Positions 52,220-60,446 of a stretch of DNA of 64,000 nt are shown in pieces (position 1 is the stretch's first letter; each line of letters starts with the position of its first letter). The DNA is taken from NCBI GenBank assembly GCA_021788015.1, contig JAJYLD010000002.1:135033-199032 (forward strand). Direction: 5' to 3'. This DNA is from a bacterium (GTDB lineage Bacteria > Patescibacteriota > Patescibacteriia > Patescibacteriales > JAKAJF01). Under the pieces are notes generated by a model. That model was given only the letters and a program-made list of their open reading frames with translations, was not told where the DNA came from and did no database searches. A program made the translations under genes and the position numbers.

Positions 52220-53494
52220 ATGCGATACTTTTTTATCCTAGGCACAAACCCCACCCTATCCATAGCAGAAATTTTAGCCGTTTTTCCCGGAGAAAATTAT
52301 GAATTGATTAATAAGGATGTTTTTTTGCTGGACACGGAGGAAATCAACGCGCAAGAAATGATAAAGAAGTTGGGCGGCACGATTAAAATCGGAAAAATTG
52401 AAAAGAAAATTGAAAATAAAAAAGAACAAATCGCGGAGGCGGTTTCGGAGCGTGTAAAAGAAGTGGAAGGGAAATTTAATTTTGGAATTTCTTATTATGG
52501 CGAAGGAAAGTATGATACTAAGCCGCTCGGCATGGAAGCAAAGAACAAGTTAAAGAGCATGAACATAAATTCAAGATTTGTGACGAGTCGGGAAAAAACT
52601 TTGTCGAGTGTTGTTGTCAAACAAAATAAATTGACGAAACCCGGGGAAGGGTCCGAGTTTGTTTTGATAAAATCCCCCCTAAAAATCCCTCTTAATTCCC
52701 CTTTGGCAAAGGGGGCAATAGGTGAAGGGGGCGGGAAGGAATTTTTATTCGGCAGAACCTTGGCCGTCCAGCCGTTTAAGGAATTGTCATTTCGTGATTA
52801 CGGCCGGCCGGCACGGGATGACTTTTCCGGCATGCTTCCGCCCAAACTGGCGCAGATTATGATAAATTTGGCAACAGCAGGAACGGGGCATGCCCCGTTC
52901 CTGCTGGATCCGTTTTGCGGTTCGGGAACGATTTTAAGCGAGGCCATGCTTATGGGTTACAAAAACTTAATCGGAAGCGATCTTTCGGGAAAAGCGGTCG
53001 AGGATACGAAAAAAAATCTTGAATGGATAAAGACCAATTACCAATTACCAATTACCAATGATCGGTTATACAATGTAAGTGCGACGGAAATTTCTAAGGT
53101 TGTAAAGCCGAATTCAATCGATGCGATTGCGACCGAGCCGTTTCTCGGACCGCAGAGAGGCAAGATTGATTTCATAAAAATAAAACAAGAATTGGAAAAA
53201 TTGTATTCGGACAGTTTGCGCGAGTTTTATAAAATTTTAAAACCGAAAGGAAGAGTGGTAATGATTTTTCCATTTTTTACAGCTCCTCTTGTTAATTCTC
53301 CTCTTAAGGGAGGCATCGGCACCAAGCAATATGTAACAAATTTGGATCCGAATTTGAACGGTTTTAAAATTGTTAATCCGATTCCGGAAGATTTAAGAAA
53401 AAATAAAATTTTAAAATTGACCGAGAGAGGAACGATTATTTACGGTCGCGAAGGCCAGAAGGTTTGGAGAGAGATTGTGGTTTTGAAAAAATAA
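52220..53494 (+). CDS. THUMP-like / UPF0020-type SAM-dependent RNA methyltransferase
   Basis: LDPFCGSGTILSEA and ATEPFLG. The start MRYFFILG is preferred. Three palindromic segments lie in frame. Confidence 0.65.
   Translation: MRYFFILGTNPTLSIAEILAVFPGENYELINKDVFLLDTEEINAQEMIKKLGGTIKIGKIEKKIENKKEQIAEAVSERVKEVEGKFNFGISYYGEGKYDTKPLGMEAKNKLKSMNINSRFVTSREKTLSSVVVKQNKLTKPGEGSEFVLIKSPLKIPLNSPLAKGAIGEGGGKEFLFGRTLAVQPFKELSFRDYGRPARDDFSGMLPPKLAQIMINLATAGTGHAPFLLDPFCGSGTILSEAMLMGYKNLIGSDLSGKAVEDTKKNLEWIKTNYQLPITNDRLYNVSATEISKVVKPNSIDAIATEPFLGPQRGKIDFIKIKQELEKLYSDSLREFYKILKPKGRVVMIFPFFTAPLVNSPLKGGIGTKQYVTNLDPNLNGFKIVNPIPEDLRKNKILKLTERGTIIYGREGQKVWREIVVLKK
52672..52742. repeat. G/C-clamped palindromic element in frame in the methyltransferase
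   Basis: ATCCCCCCTAAAAATCCCTCTTAATT-CCCCTTTGGCAAAGGGG-GCAATAGGTGAAGGGGGCGGG, encoding KSPLKIPLNSPLAKGAIGEGGGKE. Confidence 0.6.
52875..52906. repeat. Perfect 32-nt palindrome inside the methyltransferase CDS
   Basis: CAGCAGGAACGGGGCATGCCCCGTTCCTGCTG, which encodes ..TAGTGHAPFLL.. immediately before the SAM motif. Confidence 0.8.
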
Positions 53495-53752
53495 CGCTCC
53501 GCTTGGCCACTCCGTGGAGGGTCCTTTTTTAGAAAAAGCGACGCAAAAAGCGCTCGCTAGTGAAAAATTTTGGATTGTTCGCTATGAAACCTAGCAAAAT
53601 TCCAAACTCGCTCGCAAACTCGCTCAAACAATGGAATTTTGCACTGTTTCTACGCTAATAATTATTCCAAAATTTTTCAATGCTCGCAGTTTATTAAAAA
53701 ACAAAAAACCGTTTTTATAACGGCTTTTTATTTTAAAAAATCAGGGTTTATT

Positions 53753-54163
53753 TTATTGAGTTTGCGTTTGCGATGTTGTTGGAGAATTTGATAAAAGTTT
53801 CGTGAAGACGAAGTTTACAAGGGCATAAGATGAAAATATAATTACCAATCCGATCGCCGCCCAGATTAAAATATTTCTGCCCTTGACCACGGCGTCGGAA
53901 TTTCCGGCCGCGAACATCCATGTGAATCCGCCGTAGATGAACATGATAAGCGCGAGCGAGCCGACGATTCCCAAAGCGCCTTGGATAATGTTTTTAATGA
54001 GGAGCTGAGGGGCTTGCGGGTTCCCGTTAAAGCCAAGAGGGTCGGTAAGGGTTACGCCGCCACTACTCCCACTAGAGCCCTGGCCCGTAGCCTCAGTTGC
54101 AAAAATTGGCTTTGAACTTAAAAATAGAAAAAAAATGACTAGTAAAATTAAAAATTTTTTCAT
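53753..54163 (-). CDS. TrbC/VirB2-like pilin, paralog 3
   Basis: Signal peptide, then LALIMFIYGGFTWMFAAGNSDAVVKG, then a second TM helix. Confidence 0.6.
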   Translation of the reverse strand: MKKFLILLVIFFLFLSSKPIFATEATGQGSSGSSGGVTLTDPLGFNGNPQAPQLLIKNIIQGALGIVGSLALIMFIYGGFTWMFAAGNSDAVVKGRNILIWAAIGLVIIFSSYALVNFVFTKLLSNSPTTSQTQTQ

Positions 54164-54221
54164 AAGTTTGAATTTATTTTCTTATTTTAAGTATATAATT
54201 TTTTTAAAATTTAAGCAATTT

Positions 54222-54250
54222 AAAAGGGGAGTAGCGCGAACGCTCTCCCC
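54222..54250 (-). terminator. Terminator after the 291-aa membrane protein
   Basis: On the minus strand: GGGGAGAGCG-TTCG-CGCTACTCCCC followed by TTTT. Confidence 0.55.
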
Positions 54251-54271
54251 TGTTTATTTCCTCCTTCGGGC

Positions 54272-55147
54272 CTATAGCCCTGAAATATCGAAGTCTTCCG
54301 CCGCTCCGCCGGTGTTTATCACCTTAAAGATTGCGGGACTGACATCGGGCAGGCCGATGTTTTTGTCTCCGATGTCAACCGGGGCATGGTTCCTATAATA
54401 AACCCTGTAACGTCCATTATGGACAGAGTTTATGTCGTAGGTTACTCCTGTCGGTGCGAAGAACCACCGGCTGGCTTCCCCCGGCGAGAGATGAACGGAA
54501 AGCTTCTCTCCCACCTTGAGATTAGTCATGGCAGGAAGGGCTTCGGTGTTTTCCTTATCCGCATCCGCGATGCAGATGTTGGTTATTGTTTTTACGCTTG
54601 CCCTTTCCGCCCCCCCTTTCTTCACCCAGGCCGGCTGCTCGACGACGGGTTTTGCCCTGTCGTGGTTATAAACGGTTTTGTGGATTGCTCTAACCAGTAA
54701 CAACAACACGACGACCACAAATACGGTCGCGGTTGTGTTGTAGAAGACATTCAAGTGGCCAGTGCCCCTCGTCCAGTCGATGAGGACAAGGATGACAACA
54801 AGCAATATCGCGATGTAATACAAGGGGCTTTTCGCGACATTGTATCCGGTAATCATGTTGAGAGCCCAGGTAAAGGCGACGACGCCAATTAAGGCTGTGA
54901 TAATTACTATTAGGGTTTTGGCCGCGCCATTTTGCGGCACGCCATCCGCCCATTTGAAGGCTTTTTTCAGCCATCCTCCCCATTTTGTTAGTCTCTCCCT
55001 CCACACCATTCCTTCTTCATTTCCCGGTTCGGCGCCGGGTTCAAGCGGCAGTTCATCCTGAGCCTCCTGATTCTGTTTGTTCAAAAAAAATACTATTAAT
55101 CCTGTTATTGCAGCCAACACTATCACAACGATTATCCATGCCCACAT
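54272..55147 (-). CDS. Hypothetical membrane protein, GC-rich
   Basis: Four predicted TM helices and a beta-rich C-terminal domain. SD TGAGGAGGG lies 5 nt upstream. A sampled 60-nt block is about 57% GC. Confidence 0.55.
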   Translation of the reverse strand: MWAWIIVVIVLAAITGLIVFFLNKQNQEAQDELPLEPGAEPGNEEGMVWRERLTKWGGWLKKAFKWADGVPQNGAAKTLIVIITALIGVVAFTWALNMITGYNVAKSPLYYIAILLVVILVLIDWTRGTGHLNVFYNTTATVFVVVVLLLLVRAIHKTVYNHDRAKPVVEQPAWVKKGGAERASVKTITNICIADADKENTEALPAMTNLKVGEKLSVHLSPGEASRWFFAPTGVTYDINSVHNGRYRVYYRNHAPVDIGDKNIGLPDVSPAIFKVINTGGAAEDFDISGL

Positions 55148-55409
55148 AGAACCCTCCTCAATTAGGTTCGTTTTTTATTTTTTCAAAGATCCGACTAAGC
55201 CGGACCCGTTTTTCTTTATGAAATCTAGGCACGACTTAACATTATAAAGTAGCATAAAAATAAAAATCCGTCAAGTATGGCGGATTTTTAAGCGTCATTC
55301 TGGAGCGGAATGAAGAGTAGCGATAAAATCTCATGAAGATAAAGGAAAACGGGATCCTATCCCCCGGGTCGAGCCCGGGGTCAAGGATGACACTGACTAT
55401 GATGTTTTT

Positions 55410-55988
55410 TTACTTCACGATTATCTTATCAATTATTCCGTATTTCTTCGCTTCATCCGGATTCATAAAATAGTCGCGGTCGGTATCTTTCTCGATGGTG
55501 GTAATTTTTTGGCCCGTATGGCTCGCTAAAATTTTGTTCAGACGGTCTTTCGTTTTTAAAATATGCTCGGCCATGATTTTTATATCCGTGGCCTGGCCTT
55601 CGGCGCCGCCCATGACTTGATGAATCATGATTTCGCTATTCGGCAGAGCGAATCTTTTTCCTTTTGCGCCGGCGGCGAGCAGCACCGCGCCCATGCTCGC
55701 GGCCATGCCCACGCAAATCGTGGAAACATCCGATTTGATGTATTGCATGGTGTCGTAAATCGCCAAACCGGCCGTAACCGATCCGCCCGGAGTGTTAATA
55801 TAAAATTTTATGTCTTTGTTTTTATTTTCGGCATCCAAAAAAAGAAGCTGGGCGATAACGATATTGGCGACATGATCATTAATGGCCTCGCCCAAAAAAA
55901 TGATCCGGTCTTTTAAAAGGCGAGAATAAATATCATAAGCGCGTTCACCGTATGTCGATTTTTCTATAACCGTAGGTATTAAAGGCAT
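55410..55988 (-). CDS. clpP: ATP-dependent Clp protease proteolytic subunit
   Basis: [19 protein letters not shown], with the GMAASMG and HQ catalytic motifs. Confidence 0.95.
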   Translation of the reverse strand: MPLIPTVIEKSTYGERAYDIYSRLLKDRIIFLGEAINDHVANIVIAQLLFLDAENKNKDIKFYINTPGGSVTAGLAIYDTMQYIKSDVSTICVGMAASMGAVLLAAGAKGKRFALPNSEIMIHQVMGGAEGQATDIKIMAEHILKTKDRLNKILASHTGQKITTIEKDTDRDYFMNPDEAKKYGIIDKIIVK

Positions 55989-56216
55989 ATAAGATAAATT
56001 TAAACTTAAGTTTTAATAATTCTTAATATAGCATGTTATTTTAATTTTTTCAATAGTTTATGCTAGAATTTCTAATTTTTAATTTTCAATTTTTAAACAA
56101 TTTTTAATGGATTTAATTTTTAAATTTTTGGTTGGAAATTAAAAATTGGAAATTGTTTGAAAATTAGAAATTAAAAAATTAGTATGTATTTTATTATTTT
56201 TTTAGAGAAGAATGCA

Positions 56217-57194
56217 TTATTTTATTTTCCATTTCCCATTTGTCTTTTCTATTTTCGCTTCGATTGTGAAGCCGGCCGCTTTGGCATGCCCGCCGCCACC
56301 GAGTTCGCATGCGAGGAGAGAAATGTCGGCTTTGGGATCGGACGAACGGATGCTGCCCTTTATTTTTCCGTCCGGTTTTTCAAAAAGAATCAAAACCGCT
56401 TTAACACCGCGGAGATTGCCGAGGAAATTGGATATGCCCTCAAGATCGTCTTCGCTTGCGCCTTCCGTGTCTTCAAGAGTAAGAACGGTAAAAGCGAGAT
56501 TGTATTTTTTATTCATTTCCAGATTGTTCATGGCACGGCCCAGAACTTTTAATCCGGCCAAGCTTCTGTTCGTCCAAATTCTTTCCAAAATTTTTGGAAA
56601 ACTTGCGCCGTAGCTTAACATCTCGGATGAAATTTGGATTGTTTTGTCCGTTGTTGAAGGGTAAAGAAAATTTCCCGTGTCGACCGAAATACCGGTTAAA
56701 ATGCAGTTCGCGATTTTTTTATTGAATTTGATTCTATTTTCTTTAAAAAAATCGTAAATCAATTCAGTTGTCGAAGCGGCCTCGGGATTTTTAATTTCCA
56801 AATCGGCAAAGTCGTCGATTTTCGGATGATGATCGATATTGATTACAAGCTGCGATGTATTTCTGTTTTTAATTTCTTCGATAAGCCTTGTCCTTCTTAA
56901 ATCTCCGCAATCGAGAGCTATGATTAAATCGAAATCGGCAAATTTGAATTTGCTTTTGTCCGAGCTGATTTTTTCAATATGGGGGAGATAATAAAAATTT
57001 AAAGAAGGAGCATCGGCGCAATAAGCAAAATAGTTTTTTTTGCTGCCACGCTCGTTTAAGTTTTCTAAGAGTTCTATCATGGCGCACATCGAACCCAAAG
57101 CGTCGCCGTCCGGCCGCTCATGGCAAACCAGGAGAACGTTTTTTGATTCTTTGATTTTTGCGTATATTTTATTGTAAGTGAATGTATTGAGCAT
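56217..57194 (-). CDS. DHH/DHHA1 phosphoesterase (NrnA-like)
   Basis: HERPDGDALGS, the DHH motif (IDHH), and GGGGH. The start MLNTF at 57194 is preferred. Confidence 0.8.
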   Translation of the reverse strand: MLNTFTYNKIYAKIKESKNVLLVCHERPDGDALGSMCAMIELLENLNERGSKKNYFAYCADAPSLNFYYLPHIEKISSDKSKFKFADFDLIIALDCGDLRRTRLIEEIKNRNTSQLVINIDHHPKIDDFADLEIKNPEAASTTELIYDFFKENRIKFNKKIANCILTGISVDTGNFLYPSTTDKTIQISSEMLSYGASFPKILERIWTNRSLAGLKVLGRAMNNLEMNKKYNLAFTVLTLEDTEGASEDDLEGISNFLGNLRGVKAVLILFEKPDGKIKGSIRSSDPKADISLLACELGGGGHAKAAGFTIEAKIEKTNGKWKIK

Positions 57195-57202
57195 TTTTAA
57201 GG

Positions 57203-57228
57203 TAGAGACGTGGCATGCCACGTCTCTA
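57203..57228. repeat. Perfect 26-nt palindrome just upstream of the NrnA-like start
   Basis: TAGAGACGTGGCATGCCACGTCTCTA. It shares the GGCATGCC-type centre with 52875-52906. Confidence 0.8.
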
Positions 57229-57311
57229 TATTTGGAATTATGTATTCTACCAAATAAAAAAGAGCTTGGCAAGCTCTTAGGGGCGGGTGGTTTTTGAATT
57301 GAATATTTCTC

Positions 57312-57671
57312 TTATTTCGAAGGCGCAGTCCTTTCCTCTTTTAAAATAAAACTTCCCTCCTTCTCCACTACCACGGACAGTAATATACCTGTTTTCGTTA
57401 ACAACGAAGCTTTCGCTGTTTTTTCATTCATTGGAAGAAGGTGATTCTCAAAGGCAGTTGACAGCTTTGAATCTATCTCTTCGAACAGTTCAGATGGCTC
57501 TACTGTAATTTTGAGAATCAATTTTTCCGCTTTTAATTTTAAGGATTCAACAATTCGAGGATCTGAAAAAATATCGCAATGTTCCCTTTTGATAAAAACA
57601 AGAATAATATCTCTTGATTCGCTTATAAGGTCAAGAATGGATTCAATAACGTTATTCTTTTTTTTCTTCAC
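57312..57671 (-). CDS. Hypothetical protein
   Basis: 119-aa ORF that overlaps the end of rbfA by 20 nt. No motif recognised. Confidence 0.45.
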   Translation of the reverse strand: MKKKKNNVIESILDLISESRDIILVFIKREHCDIFSDPRIVESLKLKAEKLILKITVEPSELFEEIDSKLSTAFENHLLPMNEKTAKASLLTKTGILLSVVVEKEGSFILKEERTAPSK

Positions 57672-58026
57672 CCGGTTTTTCCTCCTGGTTATCTTCTGAA
57701 TGTATTTGTTTAAAAATTTCTTCGATTTCCGCCGCTTTTTTTTCGGTTGTGTCGAGCACCCAGTTGAATTTCGGAATTTGCCTCAAGCGAGTTTCTTTTT
57801 TTATAATATCGGAAAACATTTTCGAATGCGCTCGCAGTTTTTTTAAAATCGTTCCCGCATGATTGTCGGGCAAAACCGAAACCGCAATTTTGGCGTAACG
57901 CAAATCTGTCGATGTCTTTACATATATGATCGTAACCAATCCGTTTTCCAAAGGAATTTCCCGAGAAATCGAATTTGCCAGCTTTTCCTTTAAGAGTTCA
58001 TTGACTTGTTCAATGCGCCTGGGCAT
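57652..58026 (-). CDS. rbfA: Ribosome-binding factor A
   Basis: The start MPRRIEQVNELLKEKL is typical of RbfA. It lies 5 nt downstream of the infB stop. Confidence 0.8.
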   Translation of the reverse strand: MPRRIEQVNELLKEKLANSISREIPLENGLVTIIYVKTSTDLRYAKIAVSVLPDNHAGTILKKLRAHSKMFSDIIKKETRLRQIPKFNWVLDTTEKKAAEIEEIFKQIHSEDNQEEKPGEEKKE

Positions 58027-58033
58027 ACATGGG

Positions 58034-59998
58034 TTAGATTTTTTTGATAATCTTTTCTTCTTTATAGAAATCCAAAACATCGCCGACTTGAATTACGGGA
58101 TCGCCCTCGTATTGCATGCCGAATTCCTGATTTGTTTCCACAATATTCACGTTTTGTTTTCCGGACTGCAGGCGGACCAATTTGCCTTGAGCCACCAATT
58201 CTTTATTGCGAAAGATCTCGATCAGACTGTCGGCTTCGATTTTTCCTTCGAGAACTTTTCCGCCGACGATCTGGCTTTTTGTTTCCGTTCTGAAAATGGC
58301 TAGCGCTTTCGCTTTACCCAAATCGACTCTTTTTATTTCCGGCACGACCAATTCTTGCATCTCCGCTTTTACGTCATTGATCAAATCGTAAATGATTCGG
58401 TAATTTTTTATAACAACATTTTTTTCGCGCGCCAATTCCTCGATTTGCGGAGACAGCTTTATGTTAAAACCTAAAATTTTCGCGTCCGTCGCTTCCGCGC
58501 GCGCAATATCGCCTTCGGTTATATTGCCTAAACCTTTGTGAATAATTTTTATCCCCACCTCCCGAGTGCCGATTTTCATAAGCGACTCTTCAATCGCTTC
58601 CACCGAGCCCAAAACATCGCCCTTTAAAATGATGTTTATTTTCTTCCCACCCTCTTCTTCTTTCGTTTCCGGAATAAATGACGGCAGCCTGTGTTCGACG
58701 CCGATCTTTTTTAGCTTGACCTTTTCACCTTCCCCGACTTCAAGCACGTCGCCGACTTGTGGCGCCAATTTCAACCCTAAAATTTTAACCGGAGTTGATG
58801 GTGCCGCTTCGGGAACGTTTTCTCCGCGATAATTTTTAAGCGCGCGCACTTTGCCGTAAATTTGGCCGTTAAATACAAGCTGATCACCGATTTTTAATGT
58901 TCCGTTCTGGACTAAAATTGTCGCGACCGGTCCTTCGCCCTTGTTAACGTGCGACTCGATAACCGTACCCGCGGCTCGAGCCTCGGGATTTGCTTTCAAA
59001 CTTTCCGCTTCGAGATCGGCGGTCAAAAGAACCATGTCCAACAACTCTTCTATGCCCTTTCCTTCCTTCGCGGAAATGGGCGCGGTGATGGTTTTCCCGC
59101 CCCAATCTTCGGGGATGATATTCAATTGCGACGAAAGCTCTTGTTTTGTTTTATCAAGATTGGCTTCCGGTTTGTCGATTTTGTTTATGGCAACAATAAA
59201 AGGAATACCCGCCGCTTTTATAATACTGAAAGCTTCGACGGTTTGCGGTTTGACGCCGTCGTCGGCGGCAACGACCAAAATGGCGATATCGGCGACTTTC
59301 GCGCCGCGGCTGCGCATAGCCGTAAAAGCTTCATGGCCGGGAGTGTCGATAAAAGTGATTCTTCGGTCTTTGCGGCGCACTTGGTAAGCGCCGATATGCT
59401 GGGTGATGCCTCCCGCCTCTCCGGCAACCACATCCGTATGACGTATGGCATCAAGCAATTTTGTTTTGCCATGGTCGACATGGCCCATAACCACGATAAC
59501 CGGCGGGCGTGCGACCAAATTCTCCTTCTTTTCTCGCTCAAGCACGGTTTTTAATTTGTCCTTTTCTTCTTCCAGCCGTTCTTCGGCTTGTTCAAGGGGT
59601 TTGACTTCGATTCCTAAATCGGAGCCTATAATGGAAGCGGTTTCAAAATCGATCCGTTCGTTTAAAGAAGCGAAAATTCCGTTTTTCATCAATTCGGCCA
59701 AAATTTTGCTTACAGTAATGCCCGTAGCTTCGGCAAACTCGCGCACGGTAATAAGATTGGGAAGTTGAATTTCCCGCTTTTCTTTTTCCTCTCTTCTCAT
59801 TTCACCCTCTTTTTTTTCTTCGCGTTTTTTCAGTTCCAGCCTGCGTATCAGAAGAGGCCATTCTTTAATTATGCGCTGGGCCGTTTTGTCGTCGACTTTA
59901 ATCGCTTTTTGACCGATATCAAAACCGAGCTGCGGCAAAATATCGTGCAGTTCTTGAGGAGTTATTCTTAAAATTCTGGCCAATTCAGTGATATTCAT
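58034..59998 (-). CDS. infB: Translation initiation factor IF-2
   Basis: GHVDHGKTKLLD, DTPGHEAF, and the domain order are typical. The ATG at 59998 (MNITELA) is preferred. Confidence 0.9.
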   Translation of the reverse strand: MNITELARILRITPQELHDILPQLGFDIGQKAIKVDDKTAQRIIKEWPLLIRRLELKKREEKKEGEMRREEKEKREIQLPNLITVREFAEATGITVSKILAELMKNGIFASLNERIDFETASIIGSDLGIEVKPLEQAEERLEEEKDKLKTVLEREKKENLVARPPVIVVMGHVDHGKTKLLDAIRHTDVVAGEAGGITQHIGAYQVRRKDRRITFIDTPGHEAFTAMRSRGAKVADIAILVVAADDGVKPQTVEAFSIIKAAGIPFIVAINKIDKPEANLDKTKQELSSQLNIIPEDWGGKTITAPISAKEGKGIEELLDMVLLTADLEAESLKANPEARAAGTVIESHVNKGEGPVATILVQNGTLKIGDQLVFNGQIYGKVRALKNYRGENVPEAAPSTPVKILGLKLAPQVGDVLEVGEGEKVKLKKIGVEHRLPSFIPETKEEEGGKKINIILKGDVLGSVEAIEESLMKIGTREVGIKIIHKGLGNITEGDIARAEATDAKILGFNIKLSPQIEELAREKNVVIKNYRIIYDLINDVKAEMQELVVPEIKRVDLGKAKALAIFRTETKSQIVGGKVLEGKIEADSLIEIFRNKELVAQGKLVRLQSGKQNVNIVETNQEFGMQYEGDPVIQVGDVLDFYKEEKIIKKI

Positions 59999-60103
59999 CC
60001 CGTTAGAAGCAGATCGCAATCAAAATGATTGATATCCGCATAATTATTTTAAATTCGTGTTTTTCATGTTTATTGCTGCTGAAGCGCCATAGTCTTTAAC
60101 AGG
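59999..60103 (-). mobile_element. MITE-like inverted-repeat element, copy B
   Basis: Minus-strand arms are CCCTGTTAAAGAC and GATTGCGATCTGCTTCTAACGGG. Flanked by perfect ATGAAT direct repeats (59993-59998 and 60104-60109). The proximal arm matches 4255-4277 at 22 of 23 positions. Confidence 0.6.
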
Positions 60104-60117
60104 GATTCATGAATCAA

Positions 60118-60142
60118 ATTTAAAACGGAACTTAAGGTTCCG
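60118..60142 (-). terminator. Minus-strand terminator-like hairpin
   Basis: Stem CGGAAC/GTTCCG with a T-run only on the minus strand (TTTTAAAATTT). No annotated minus-strand gene lies upstream of it. Confidence 0.4.
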
Positions 60143-60190
60143 AAAATTAGTTCAAGTTTACAATTTTTTTAAGAAAAAGTCAAATTTAAA

Positions 60191-60395
60191 CGCTGCGCTA
60201 GGCCTTACTTTTTGTAATCAAAAAGTAAGCCAACCCGTCCGCAATGCTTCGCATAGCGATGCGGGCAGGGAAGTTTCGGGGGCTCCAATTCGCTATCACA
60301 TTGATTTATCTTAAAGTTATTTCGCCTTGTCGCTTCCGCCTCGGCGAGCTTAAGGCGAGACGGGCAATTCCGCCTCCAAACCCCGTGGTTTGTTG
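60191..60395. ncRNA. Structured non-coding repeat, copy 2
   Basis: See 11719-11925. Lies between the divergent infB and ruvB genes, outside the predicted leaderless ruvB transcript. Confidence 0.5.
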
Positions 60396-60431
60396 AAAAC
60401 GAGTCGCGTCTATATATTTCATGTTTCCGTA

Positions 60432-60440
60432 TGCTATAAT
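60432..60440 (+). promoter_or_regulatory. Extended -10 promoter (TGCTATAAT) for leaderless ruvB
   Basis: TGCTATAAT, then 6 nt (AAAATT), then the ATG at 60447. Confidence 0.55.
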
Positions 60441-60446
60441 AAAATT

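Noticed and set aside
55290-55400. GTCATTCTGGAGCGGAATGAAGAG...CCCCGGGTCGAGCCCGGGG...GGATGAC inverted-repeat region downstream of clpP.
   Set aside because: It looks like one more intergenic hairpin and terminator (CCCCGGG/CCCGGGG, then ATCCG/CGGAT plus a T-run for clpP). I saw nothing to separate it from the general pattern.
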